From positions 32,001 to 96,000 of IMG/VR virus record IMGVR_UViG_3300042291_000844: 64,000 bases of DNA, one strand, 5' to 3'. Both the position numbers and the translations under genes were made by a program. This document shows, in pieces, positions 29,561 through 38,933 of this stretch; the stretch's first letter is position 1, and every line of letters begins with the position of its first letter. This DNA is from a virus (Duplodnaviria; Caudoviricetes). Below the pieces are notes generated by a model. The model saw only the letters and a list, made by a program, of their open reading frames with translations, was not told the DNA's origin and made no database searches.

Positions 29561-31006
29561 TTAAAGTAAATCTACTAATTCTCCATTTATTATTTTATTT
29601 AAATTCTTTACATATATATCTGGAACCAATTTATCATTAAATTTCATTAAATGTGTTCTATTATGTTCTAATATATATGCCATTTTTGAAATCATAATAT
29701 CCCATTCTTCATTTGATACTAAAATTAATTTTTTTATAATTTCGTATACAGCTATAATTCTATCACTATTGTTTTCTATATCATCATAACTTTCATCCCA
29801 AAAATCAGAGAAAGTTTTAAATCCCAGTTTTTTTAATTTTTTTAAAATATGGGGTCTTCCCAACATAACAAATGGATGTAAATGTGCTATTGGTTTTAAG
29901 GTTTTTTCGGATATATAATTTCCTGCTTCATAGAAAAGAGTTTCGGGTACAATACTGAAATAGGTTTCTTCATATGGTTTTTTAGTTTCAAATGCAAATC
30001 CCCATACTGATTCAATATCATCATAATCAACTATTTGTTTTTTTATTTTAGTTAATCCGTGAAACCCAGTACTCATTTTTACACGAGTTTGGTAATCAGT
30101 TAAATATGGTTTATCATCATACCCACCACCACTTACTAAATCCAATCCAGCATCTTGTGTGTACAATAATTTCATATCAAACGATGATAATGTACTATCT
30201 AATAATTTATCATTTTGTAATAGGGAAAGAATGATTAATCGGTGTGGTCTAAGTCTCCTATTTAGCATCAAACACTTCTTTTTTCTATTCTTTATTTTAA
30301 AATAATCCGTTGTTTTACTAATTGAATTTTTATTAGTACTACCATTAAATGATAGTTCAGTATTTCCTCTCATTAAATCAACTGTTTCTTTTCCTTTTGC
30401 AAAGAATGGCCAGGGATAACAAGTCGTTTTTAATTTGAATTTTGGATTTTTATCTTTTACATAATATTCAGTATACAATTCAGTTGTATTAACTGCCGAA
30501 GTAATAAAAATTACTTTAGATGGACATATATTATGGGTTTCGCACGCAGTATGTATGTTGTAAAAAATATCTGGTTTTATATCACCCTCACTACTATAAT
30601 CAAAAATTAAATAAAAATTCTTAGCTTTTAAATATTGTTTAGCTCTTTCAGATATAAAATCAAAAACATGCTGATTCTGATGATATGTAAAATCTTGACC
30701 CGTAGCAACTAATACATTTCCGAATGGAGTAATAGTGTAAAAATAATTATCAGTTGGATTGCCAACTATATTAGTTTCTTCATCATATCTTAAATCAAAA
30801 ATATGAATATCAGTAATATTAAAAGGGCCGATGTTTAGATTACAATCATATACTGCTATTTGTAAATATTTTTTATTAAATTCATCAATAAAAATATTAT
30901 CAATATAAAAATTACAATCCCACATATCGGATGTGTATTTATAATTTACACCATTTGGTATAAACCCACTTGGTCCAATAAAATCAAAAACTCTATTAAT
31001 TTGCAT
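29561..31006 (-). CDS. Glycosyltransferase-like protein, paralog A
   Basis: C..LNRR.RPHR and ET...ISEKTLKP...HPF...GFKTFSDFWDESYD domain shared with paralogs B-D. Confidence 0.5.
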   Translation of the reverse strand: MQINRVFDFIGPSGFIPNGVNYKYTSDMWDCNFYIDNIFIDEFNKKYLQIAVYDCNLNIGPFNITDIHIFDLRYDEETNIVGNPTDNYFYTITPFGNVLVATGQDFTYHQNQHVFDFISERAKQYLKAKNFYLIFDYSSEGDIKPDIFYNIHTACETHNICPSKVIFITSAVNTTELYTEYYVKDKNPKFKLKTTCYPWPFFAKGKETVDLMRGNTELSFNGSTNKNSISKTTDYFKIKNRKKKCLMLNRRLRPHRLIILSLLQNDKLLDSTLSSFDMKLLYTQDAGLDLVSGGGYDDKPYLTDYQTRVKMSTGFHGLTKIKKQIVDYDDIESVWGFAFETKKPYEETYFSIVPETLFYEAGNYISEKTLKPIAHLHPFVMLGRPHILKKLKKLGFKTFSDFWDESYDDIENNSDRIIAVYEIIKKLILVSNEEWDIMISKMAYILEHNRTHLMKFNDKLVPDIYVKNLNKIINGELVDLL

Positions 31007-31544
31007 AGTATAACTCTGGATATTCTGCTAACACATGAATACCAATATTTTCAGTTGCGTATTTATAAGATAATTCAACATCTTGCCAAGTCTTTAAATC
31101 ATGAAATTCTATATTAGGACACATTGATTTAAATTCATCTATATAATTTCCTTTATGTTGATGACCAGGGTCTAATGGTTTATCTGAGCCCTTGCCTACT
31201 CTAATTAGGATATGTGGATTCCATTGACCATTAGACATTTTTTTAATTTTATCTAAATGATTTACCAATTGGTTTCCTGCACATATTACAAAATCCCAAC
31301 GTGGATAAAATGAAACTACTTTATGTCCCGTCATTGCCAATCCCAAACTCATTCCCATTTGAGTTTCTTCCATAACAGGAACTTCAATCATTCGTTCTTT
31401 TGGTAACCCATCAATCGTTTTTGACATTGGATTTCCATAATAAACAATTTGTTGACCAATTAGGATTGTGCTTTCATCATCCATTAATGTTTTCATTGCA
31501 GTTGTTAATGCATCAACATATGGTGTAAACTGAGGTGTACTCAT
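30996..31544 (-). CDS. TPP-dependent dehydrogenase E1-beta / transketolase pyrimidine-binding domain (short)
   Basis: E.PV.EETQMG...GLAM.G, G..H.G motifs; lacks the usual C-terminal domain. Confidence 0.8.
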   Translation of the reverse strand: MSTPQFTPYVDALTTAMKTLMDDESTILIGQQIVYYGNPMSKTIDGLPKERMIEVPVMEETQMGMSLGLAMTGHKVVSFYPRWDFVICAGNQLVNHLDKIKKMSNGQWNPHILIRVGKGSDKPLDPGHQHKGNYIDEFKSMCPNIEFHDLKTWQDVELSYKYATENIGIHVLAEYPELYYAN

Positions 31545-32536
31545 TATGGTTTTGAATTTGGATTAAATTGATTTTTATTTTCTTTATACCATTTAAGAGC
31601 ATCAGTCAATCCACTTTTCAAATCATACTTTGGTTTCCAACCCAATGATTTTAATTTAGTGTTATCAAGTAATCTAACGGGTATCATTGGTGCTTTATTA
31701 TTTACATACTCAATTGGGTTAATATTACCTTCAATCTCTTTAATCGTATCTAAAACTTCATTTACAGTATATCCCTCACCATATGATACATTGTATACAT
31801 CATAAGTGTGAACGTTTTCTGCTACACATATAAATCCACTAACCATATCGTCCACATGAATTACATCTCTAACTTCACTACCATCACCCCATACTGGTAT
31901 TGGGTTTAGGTTATCCGCCACCTTTCTAATATTTGCGGGGGTAACGTGACATTTTTCATAATCAAATTTATCATTTGGGCCGAATGCATTTGAAGGTCTG
32001 ATAACAATACATTGCATTGGATTGTGAATTTGGTTTGAAAAGAAATCACAAAGAGTTTCACAATAACGTTTCATCCAACCAACTGCTTTATATACCGGTA
32101 CAATTGATGGAGTTTGAATTTCCATGTCTTCCGTACAAGGTACATCTCCCATATCAGGATATGTTGTGTTTGATGATATAAAGATAAATTTCTTTACTGA
32201 ATTAATCCAAGCCTGTTCCATCAGATTGACGTTCATTTCAATATTTGGAGTAACGTGTAATAGTGGATTAAACTTAGTATCTAATGCGTTTGATGTATTC
32301 GCTGCACAATGGAATATTACATCAACTCCAATTGTAAGGGTTTTACACATACCATCATTTCGTAAATTTGCTTTGACAAATTCTATATTTTCAGAACCTT
32401 CGAAATCATTTCTTAATGGTCTAGTGTTTGCGGTTGCTCTTAAATTTGTGTAACCTTGTTCATATAAACTTTTTAATAATCTAGAACCAATAAATCCACT
32501 TGCACCAGTTACTAAAATTTTGTCTGTTTTTTTCAT
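31544..32536 (-). CDS. NAD-dependent sugar epimerase/reductase (GDP-L-fucose synthase-like)
   Basis: GASGFIGS, YxxxK (YKAVGWMK), RP.N.FGP.D, WGDGS..RD.IHVDD. Confidence 0.88.
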   Translation of the reverse strand: MKKTDKILVTGASGFIGSRLLKSLYEQGYTNLRATANTRPLRNDFEGSENIEFVKANLRNDGMCKTLTIGVDVIFHCAANTSNALDTKFNPLLHVTPNIEMNVNLMEQAWINSVKKFIFISSNTTYPDMGDVPCTEDMEIQTPSIVPVYKAVGWMKRYCETLCDFFSNQIHNPMQCIVIRPSNAFGPNDKFDYEKCHVTPANIRKVADNLNPIPVWGDGSEVRDVIHVDDMVSGFICVAENVHTYDVYNVSYGEGYTVNEVLDTIKEIEGNINPIEYVNNKAPMIPVRLLDNTKLKSLGWKPKYDLKSGLTDALKWYKENKNQFNPNSKP

Positions 32537-32540
32537 ATTT

Positions 32541-33506
32541 CTATTTTTTGTATTCGTTTAAATAATAATCAATCGTATGTCTTAATCCTGTCTTTAAGGA
32601 TATTTTTTGTTTAATTCCAAAAGATTCTGCTCTTTCGGTACTCATCAATCTTTTCTCATCACCATTTGGTTTTGTTGGGTCCCAATTTATTTCAACTTTT
32701 TCACCATACATCTCTTCGTATATTTCTACAAGAGTTTCTGCAAGTTCTTTGATTGTCACACCCGTTCCACTACCTAAATTTATTGGTTGTGTTAGTTTTT
32801 GTTCGTAGGCCTGAATAATTCCATCGGCAACATCTCCTGCATAGATAAAATCTCTAATTGGAGACCCATCTCCCCAACATACTAATGGATGTTCTTTTTC
32901 ACCAAATAATCTTTTGATTAGGGATGCGATGACGGTAGATTCTGGACTAAAGTTATCGTGTCTACCATAAATGTTTGCTGGTCTTACAATTGATACTTTA
33001 TTCCAATCGTATGATACTGAATATACTTCTGCTTGAAGTTCTCCAAGTCTCTTAGCCCATCCTGCGTATTTATCTTTTTCTGATGGGAACGTTTTCCAAA
33101 CATCATCTTCATAAAATACTTCCGCCGGTTGATATACTCCAACTGTCGATGTGTAAACATACCATTCTACATTTTCTAAACGTGCAGCTTCCATCATATT
33201 AGTGTTAAACTGCAACATTGGTACAAAATAATCTGCGGGTTGTTCTGCTGCTCGTTTTGGTGAACCCTTCACACCTGCTATATGGAAAATTATATCCTGT
33301 CCTTCAACTACTCTTTTACAATTTTTGAATTCACGCAAATCAGCTTTAATAAACTGATAGTTATCCACATTGTATTTTTCTAATTGATTTTCAGGAGTGT
33401 TAATATCCACTGCGGTTACAAATGCTCCTCTTTGAATACATTTATCAACCATGTAATTACCAACTAATCCGTTGGCACCTGTAATTAAAACCTTTTTACC
33501 ATTCAT
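32541..33506 (-). CDS. NAD-dependent sugar epimerase/reductase (GDP-L-fucose synthase-like)
   Basis: GANGLVG, YAGWAK, RPANIYG..DNF, WGDGSP.RDF.Y..D, NLGSG. Confidence 0.88.
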   Translation of the reverse strand: MNGKKVLITGANGLVGNYMVDKCIQRGAFVTAVDINTPENQLEKYNVDNYQFIKADLREFKNCKRVVEGQDIIFHIAGVKGSPKRAAEQPADYFVPMLQFNTNMMEAARLENVEWYVYTSTVGVYQPAEVFYEDDVWKTFPSEKDKYAGWAKRLGELQAEVYSVSYDWNKVSIVRPANIYGRHDNFSPESTVIASLIKRLFGEKEHPLVCWGDGSPIRDFIYAGDVADGIIQAYEQKLTQPINLGSGTGVTIKELAETLVEIYEEMYGEKVEINWDPTKPNGDEKRLMSTERAESFGIKQKISLKTGLRHTIDYYLNEYKK

Positions 33507-34653
33507 TTTCTATGTTTTTTAATATTTTATCTAAACTATTGATTTCTAATTTGTTCCAAATTTCTCTATTATATATACATATATCTTTTAAATTTTTGTA
33601 TAATTCATTTAACTCAATAATACTCTTTTCATTCAATTTTCTAACTAATTGTAATAATGTAAAAAATCTTTCTTGTGAATTTTCTATATCATCATAACTT
33701 TCATCCCAAAAATCAGAGAAAGTTTTAAAACCATAGGTTTTTAAATGTTTTAAATACCCATATCCGGCAAAAACTATGAATGGTTGATAATTTAATATTG
33801 GTTTTAATATTTTTTCGGAAACAAATAATTCATTTTGTTCAAATGATGATTCGGTTACCAAATTTATACATGAATCTAAAAATAATTCTTTTTTAAAGGT
33901 GTCATTTACTCTAAAATTGCATTTATCTAATATTTTATGGGTATCCAACTCTATTGGTAATTTACTATTAAAAAAATCAATATCTATTTGTTCTTTTTTA
34001 TCATTATCATGCTCAGTACCATAAATTCTAGCATAACCTTCGGTTTTTAATAAAAAAGTAAAATACGAATCAGAATAATTTCCAGTAAGATATTCATTTA
34101 ATAAAGATATTCTATGTTCTTTGTCTAATGCCCTATTAAAACAAATAAATTTTTTATGTCTATATGTTTCTAATTCATTTAATTGTATTTCTTTACTTAT
34201 ATATCCTAAATCATTATTAGCATCTCTAAAATATTGATTCCTATTCCATGTAGACTCTTCTAAAAAGAAATCAAATGATAAGATACCTTCCAATCGTCTA
34301 TTACTATCAATTAAATGGTATTTATTACTTGGTAATTTTGTTTTTATATATTCAAATCCTTCGATGAAACTGCTTATATTGCATGGGTCGGGTATCGAAG
34401 TAAATAATAATTTTACATCATTGTTTTTTATAAAATCATATACACTATCTGGTATGTTTAATAGGGTTTGAAATTTTTGAGTGCCCTCAATCAATAGTAT
34501 ATTTCTATAACCTATCTTTAATTCAGAATTTATAGTGTAAGAATAATTTTTACTTTGAGTATAATTAAAAATTGGGCCTTGCATTGCATAACTTTCATCT
34601 CCATTATACTCATAGGTATTCTTTAAGAATACAAAATTTAAAATACTACCCAT
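33496..34653 (-). CDS. Glycosyltransferase-like protein, paralog B
   Basis: FIC.NR...HR, VTES..FVSEKILKPI...PF...GFKTFSDFWDESYD. Confidence 0.5.
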   Translation of the reverse strand: MGSILNFVFLKNTYEYNGDESYAMQGPIFNYTQSKNYSYTINSELKIGYRNILLIEGTQKFQTLLNIPDSVYDFIKNNDVKLLFTSIPDPCNISSFIEGFEYIKTKLPSNKYHLIDSNRRLEGILSFDFFLEESTWNRNQYFRDANNDLGYISKEIQLNELETYRHKKFICFNRALDKEHRISLLNEYLTGNYSDSYFTFLLKTEGYARIYGTEHDNDKKEQIDIDFFNSKLPIELDTHKILDKCNFRVNDTFKKELFLDSCINLVTESSFEQNELFVSEKILKPILNYQPFIVFAGYGYLKHLKTYGFKTFSDFWDESYDDIENSQERFFTLLQLVRKLNEKSIIELNELYKNLKDICIYNREIWNKLEINSLDKILKNIENEW

Positions 34654-35276
34654 TTTCCTGTTCCATAATGTGGATATTTTGATTTATATTTATAATAGAT
34701 AACATCTTCTGGTATTTCTCTCTGAATTTCCCCCCAAGTGTGTGATGTCGGTGTATTTGTAGAAACTTCATTATCTTCAACTACAAAATAAAGAGGTAAG
34801 TTGTGATTTCTAGCGTATTTATGTACCTCATAAAAAATTCCAGTCTCAAAAGTCATATCACCAATGAAACACCACACCTTTTTATCTTCACCTTTTAGTT
34901 TAATTGATTTAGCAACACCCAATGCAATAGGTAAAATCCCCGTTACAATGGCTGAAGAGTAAAAATTACACTTTTTATTTACAATTGTTATACTTCGACC
35001 ATCTAAAATCTCATCTTTTAACCAAGATTCATCAATCCCATGCAAAAGTGCATGATAATGAGACCGCCAAGTAGAAAATACCCAATCATCTATACCTACT
35101 TTTTTGAATATTTCTATTAACTCATCCTCATTTCCATTTGATAAATGTATTGGGCCGTGGATATCTCCTGCTTCCCAATGTTTAATGATATCGTCTTCAA
35201 ATCCAATGAGTTGTTCTTTTGTAAGATTACCATCAAGCCAACGGTCTTCGTGATAATTCAAATTTTTAATTTCCAT
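34638..35276 (-). CDS. TPP-dependent dehydrogenase E1-alpha (short)
   Basis: G.IHLSNGNE, ST.RSHYH, TPP motif variant GDM...EDN; 212 aa. Confidence 0.82.
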   Translation of the reverse strand: MEIKNLNYHEDRWLDGNLTKEQLIGFEDDIIKHWEAGDIHGPIHLSNGNEDELIEIFKKVGIDDWVFSTWRSHYHALLHGIDESWLKDEILDGRSITIVNKKCNFYSSAIVTGILPIALGVAKSIKLKGEDKKVWCFIGDMTFETGIFYEVHKYARNHNLPLYFVVEDNEVSTNTPTSHTWGEIQREIPEDVIYYKYKSKYPHYGTGKWVVF

Positions 35277-35850
35277 TTTTATCTCTATTTGAAAGTATTG
35301 GTTGTGCTACGGGCCATTCAACATTAAATCGTTTATCGTTAAACACTATTGTTTTTTGTTTATTCTCATCGTTATATTCACCTTCATATGCCATTTTGTA
35401 AAAAAAGATAGAATTATCCTCCATCACATAATGACCATTAGCAAACATTGGTGGAATTAGAACTTGAGTACCAGTTTCCGGTGAAATTATAAAAGATTCC
35501 CATTTACCATAAGTTGGTGAGTTTGGTCTAACATCCATTACAACCAAATATATACGACCATGCAGACAACTTACTAATTTCCAAGTCTTTTCATCATAGT
35601 GCATTCCTCTCAATACACCTACCTTTGATTTTGAGAACCTATCATGCTTAAATTCTAACCCATTGTTGCGTTCAGCGGCGGGCAACAAACGGTCATAATA
35701 CTCTGAGTGATAAGTTGTAGAGATTGAACCTCTATATTCGTAATACGTGGATGGTTGTACGATTTTTATCTCTGGTAATACCAATCCATTGTAATAGTGA
35801 AAATCATTCCACTCTCGTTCCTTATAAAATATACTACGTCCTGTTGCCAT
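35266..35850 (-). CDS. rfbC: dTDP-4-dehydrorhamnose 3,5-epimerase family
   Basis: S.S..GVLRGMHY, KLV.C..G.I..V..D.R..SPTYG.W, .IPP.FANG. Confidence 0.9.
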   Translation of the reverse strand: MATGRSIFYKEREWNDFHYYNGLVLPEIKIVQPSTYYEYRGSISTTYHSEYYDRLLPAAERNNGLEFKHDRFSKSKVGVLRGMHYDEKTWKLVSCLHGRIYLVVMDVRPNSPTYGKWESFIISPETGTQVLIPPMFANGHYVMEDNSIFFYKMAYEGEYNDENKQKTIVFNDKRFNVEWPVAQPILSNRDKNGN

Positions 35851-36805
35851 AACTTAAAGGGAATCCATTTCTATATTTTGAAGATAAGTCTTGGATTAAA
35901 ATTTTATATGTTTTTATTAATTCTATGATTCCATCATCTAAACTATATTGGGGAGTCCAACCTAATGATTCTAATTTAGCATTGGAAACAATATAATCTC
36001 TTTTATCGGGGTCTTCATAATAATCCGAATATGTGATTGCAAAATCAGGTACATATTCTTTGATTTTTTCTACTAATTGTTGTTTTGATAAATTAGCGTT
36101 TGAAAGGCCCACATTAAATACGTCTCCTTTTAATTTTTCATAATTTTCTATCATATACACAAATGTATTTGCAACATCTCTGATATGAATGTAGTTTCTT
36201 ATGAAATTTTTCTCAAAAATGGTGATGTACTTATCAGTTAATGCTTTGTAAACAAATTCATTAACAAGTAAGTCCATTCTCATACGTGGTGATGAACCAA
36301 AGACGGTGGCAAGTCTAATTGAAATACCACCATAGTTTAATACTTCTCTCTCAGCATTAACTTTGGTTACACCATAATGAGAAATGGGGTTTAGTGGACT
36401 CTCTTCAGTACACTCACCATTCTCTCCTATCCCATACCCACTATTTGTGTTGGGGTATATAATCTTTTTATTAGAATCTTTTATTCTATCACATATAAAT
36501 TGTACATGAGTATAATTTACTGCAGTAGCAAGGTCTTTATCTCTATCACAAGCCGGAAATCCTACGATTGCTGCTAGAGGAATTATTACATCTGCCTCAT
36601 CAACATATTTTGAAAGTTTTTCCTGGTCTCTAACATCACCATAAATGAATTCAAAGTTCTTTCTCCAACTATAATGTATTAATGATGTTTGGTTATACAT
36701 TAAATTATCATAAACTGTAAGTTTAGTAATTCCACCATTATTAAATAACCTCTCAATTAATACCGAACCTAAATAGCCTGCACCACCTGTAATTAAAACA
36801 TTCAT
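35834..36805 (-). CDS. NAD-dependent sugar epimerase/dehydratase
   Basis: GGAGYLGS, LAAIVG.PAC, YGVTK, RLATVFG.SPRMR.DLLVN. Confidence 0.9.
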   Translation of the reverse strand: MNVLITGGAGYLGSVLIERLFNNGGITKLTVYDNLMYNQTSLIHYSWRKNFEFIYGDVRDQEKLSKYVDEADVIIPLAAIVGFPACDRDKDLATAVNYTHVQFICDRIKDSNKKIIYPNTNSGYGIGENGECTEESPLNPISHYGVTKVNAEREVLNYGGISIRLATVFGSSPRMRMDLLVNEFVYKALTDKYITIFEKNFIRNYIHIRDVANTFVYMIENYEKLKGDVFNVGLSNANLSKQQLVEKIKEYVPDFAITYSDYYEDPDKRDYIVSNAKLESLGWTPQYSLDDGIIELIKTYKILIQDLSSKYRNGFPLSYGNRT

Positions 36806-38229
36806 ATTAAATCTATTAAATTGTTTCTAAACATATTTTCATTTCTATTATTATTATAAAAAGAATGTAATAATTTTTTGTTAAAAATTAATATATCTTC
36901 CATATTTTTAATCATTTCAATCATTTCTTCTTGTGATTTATTACAAAGTTTTTTAACTTCGTTTATAATCATATCACATCTTAATTTAAAATTAGTTTCA
37001 TTATCATAACTTTCATCCCAAAAATTAGAAAAAGTTTTAAAACCTAAATCTTGTAAATATTTTAAACTATATGGTGAACCTACAATGAAAAATGGATGTA
37101 AATTCATAATTGGTTTTGTAGTCTTTTCGGTTATAAACAAATAACTTTTTTCAGCATTAGTTTCACCAATAATTGAAAAAAATGTTTCTTCATATTCTTT
37201 TTTTCTACTTAAATAATTATGAAACCAAGCAATTGTATCACCATCTTCTTCATCAATTGTTAGTGGATAATATTGTTTGTATGTTTCTTTTAAATCATTA
37301 AAATCCGATTTAGTTAAATCTAATTCTGGAACTGATTCATCTATTTTTTTAATATATTCTTCAAATTCTTCATTTTTAATTAAAGAAATATATCCATCAT
37401 CTAATAAATTATTTTCAAATAACAATTTTACAAACCAGGGGCGATGTAATCTTGATGTATTTCTATTATACATTAAAAACCGCTTGGGTTTTGGTTCTAA
37501 TTTTAATTCTGATTGTAAAGAATAGATATATTCCTTTGAAACAATTTCTTTATTTTTAGTTGCTCTTAATTCTGAGATAAATTTACCAGATTCATTTATA
37601 TAACTATCATTACAAAATGTACTGATTCTTTTAATGCCGTTTGGGTTTAATGTACTATTATTAACGTTTTCAATTAATCCATTGACCGTACTTATAATAA
37701 CTTTGTTTATATGCGATATTGAATTTCTATCTAAAAATTCATTTATTTTTTTAAAAAATTCAATATTATGCTCATATGAACCTTCCCATATATCAACAAA
37801 CATTATTTTAAAATTTGGATACTTCTTAACTAAATTTAATAATTTTGAAGATATCATATTTTCAATTTTATTATTTTCATTTCCATAATACTCAAATAAA
37901 ACTTGAGTTGAAAATGATTCAAAACATAATAAATAAATTTCATCTTCATTTATTGTTTCATCGTTTAAATCATTAACTAATATATGGTTTAAATGTCTGC
38001 CTCTTTCATATAATTTAATTGGATAACTACTATTTCTTTTATGATACGTTGCAGGGTCGTTTGATGAATTAACTATAATTACATAATCCTCATCTCTAAG
38101 TGTTTCTATACTATCAAGGGCATTAATTGGAAATGTATATTTGTTATAACCCAATGGTAAAAATCCATTTGGAGTTTTAAACTCATACACAAAATTAATA
38201 TTTGTTTTTATTAATTGCTGTCCATCCAT
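36802..38229 (-). CDS. Glycosyltransferase-like protein, paralog C
   Basis: FLMYNR...HR, IGET..FITEKTTKP...HPF...GFKTFSNFWDESYD. Confidence 0.5.
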   Translation of the reverse strand: MDGQQLIKTNINFVYEFKTPNGFLPLGYNKYTFPINALDSIETLRDEDYVIIVNSSNDPATYHKRNSSYPIKLYERGRHLNHILVNDLNDETINEDEIYLLCFESFSTQVLFEYYGNENNKIENMISSKLLNLVKKYPNFKIMFVDIWEGSYEHNIEFFKKINEFLDRNSISHINKVIISTVNGLIENVNNSTLNPNGIKRISTFCNDSYINESGKFISELRATKNKEIVSKEYIYSLQSELKLEPKPKRFLMYNRNTSRLHRPWFVKLLFENNLLDDGYISLIKNEEFEEYIKKIDESVPELDLTKSDFNDLKETYKQYYPLTIDEEDGDTIAWFHNYLSRKKEYEETFFSIIGETNAEKSYLFITEKTTKPIMNLHPFFIVGSPYSLKYLQDLGFKTFSNFWDESYDNETNFKLRCDMIINEVKKLCNKSQEEMIEMIKNMEDILIFNKKLLHSFYNNNRNENMFRNNLIDLI

Positions 38230-38933
38230 TCTTTATCGTATTTATTTAAATTATTACCATTATTGGTAATATCTAAAATTTTGTATGGAGTTGTTTCATT
38301 AAAATCATAATAAGCAACAGGTTTGTGTTCTGGTATTATTATCTTAGCAAAAGCATCTTTAATTTCATAATCTGTTAAATATTTTTGATATACTCCAATT
38401 AATTTATATTCACCAAAAAAATGATGTCTATGTTCTATTGATGAATTTTCTAATGGGTTTGCACATCCAATCCATAACCAAGATGAATTATAATCTATTA
38501 ATTTATTTGGAACATCAATTATTTTTTTACGGTCGTTTACAATTAATTGTAATTTTTGATTAATAATATCATATGAAAAAACTAAATTAATATATTCATC
38601 ACTAATATCAGGTGTATTTATAACATCATTCAATGGTATAACAATTTGACATATACCTTTTTCTTCTGGTGTTTCTGTTTCAACCCAAACTGCACCTTTA
38701 ACAATTCTAAAATTATCACCGGTTTTAGCAACTGATATACCTAAATGTTTTCCATTTTTTATCATTACTGCGGCTTCTTGTGTATTTGAGTTTTCTTGCA
38801 ATTTACTCCAATCTACCTTTATTTGACATAAAAATGTAAAATCACTATTAGTAAGATGTCTTGATGATACCTTACTTAATCCATATCTACTTGTAGGTGG
38901 GACGAACCAAACTGAATCTCCATTTATAATCAT
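38211..38933 (-). CDS. Stand-alone LamG / concanavalin A-like domain protein
   Basis: WIGC.N...F.GE......Y...L...EI, .AYYDFNE pattern shared with the GT7 inserts. Confidence 0.65.
   Translation of the reverse strand: MIINGDSVWFVPPTSRYGLSKVSSRHLTNSDFTFLCQIKVDWSKLQENSNTQEAAVMIKNGKHLGISVAKTGDNFRIVKGAVWVETETPEEKGICQIVIPLNDVINTPDISDEYINLVFSYDIINQKLQLIVNDRKKIIDVPNKLIDYNSSWLWIGCANPLENSSIEHRHHFFGEYKLIGVYQKYLTDYEIKDAFAKIIIPEHKPVAYYDFNETTPYKILDITNNGNNLNKYDKEWMDSN

Noticed and set aside
30996-35276. Pyruvate dehydrogenase as a central-metabolism auxiliary gene
   Set aside because: Both subunits are truncated, no E2/E3 is present, and the context is entirely sugar biosynthesis
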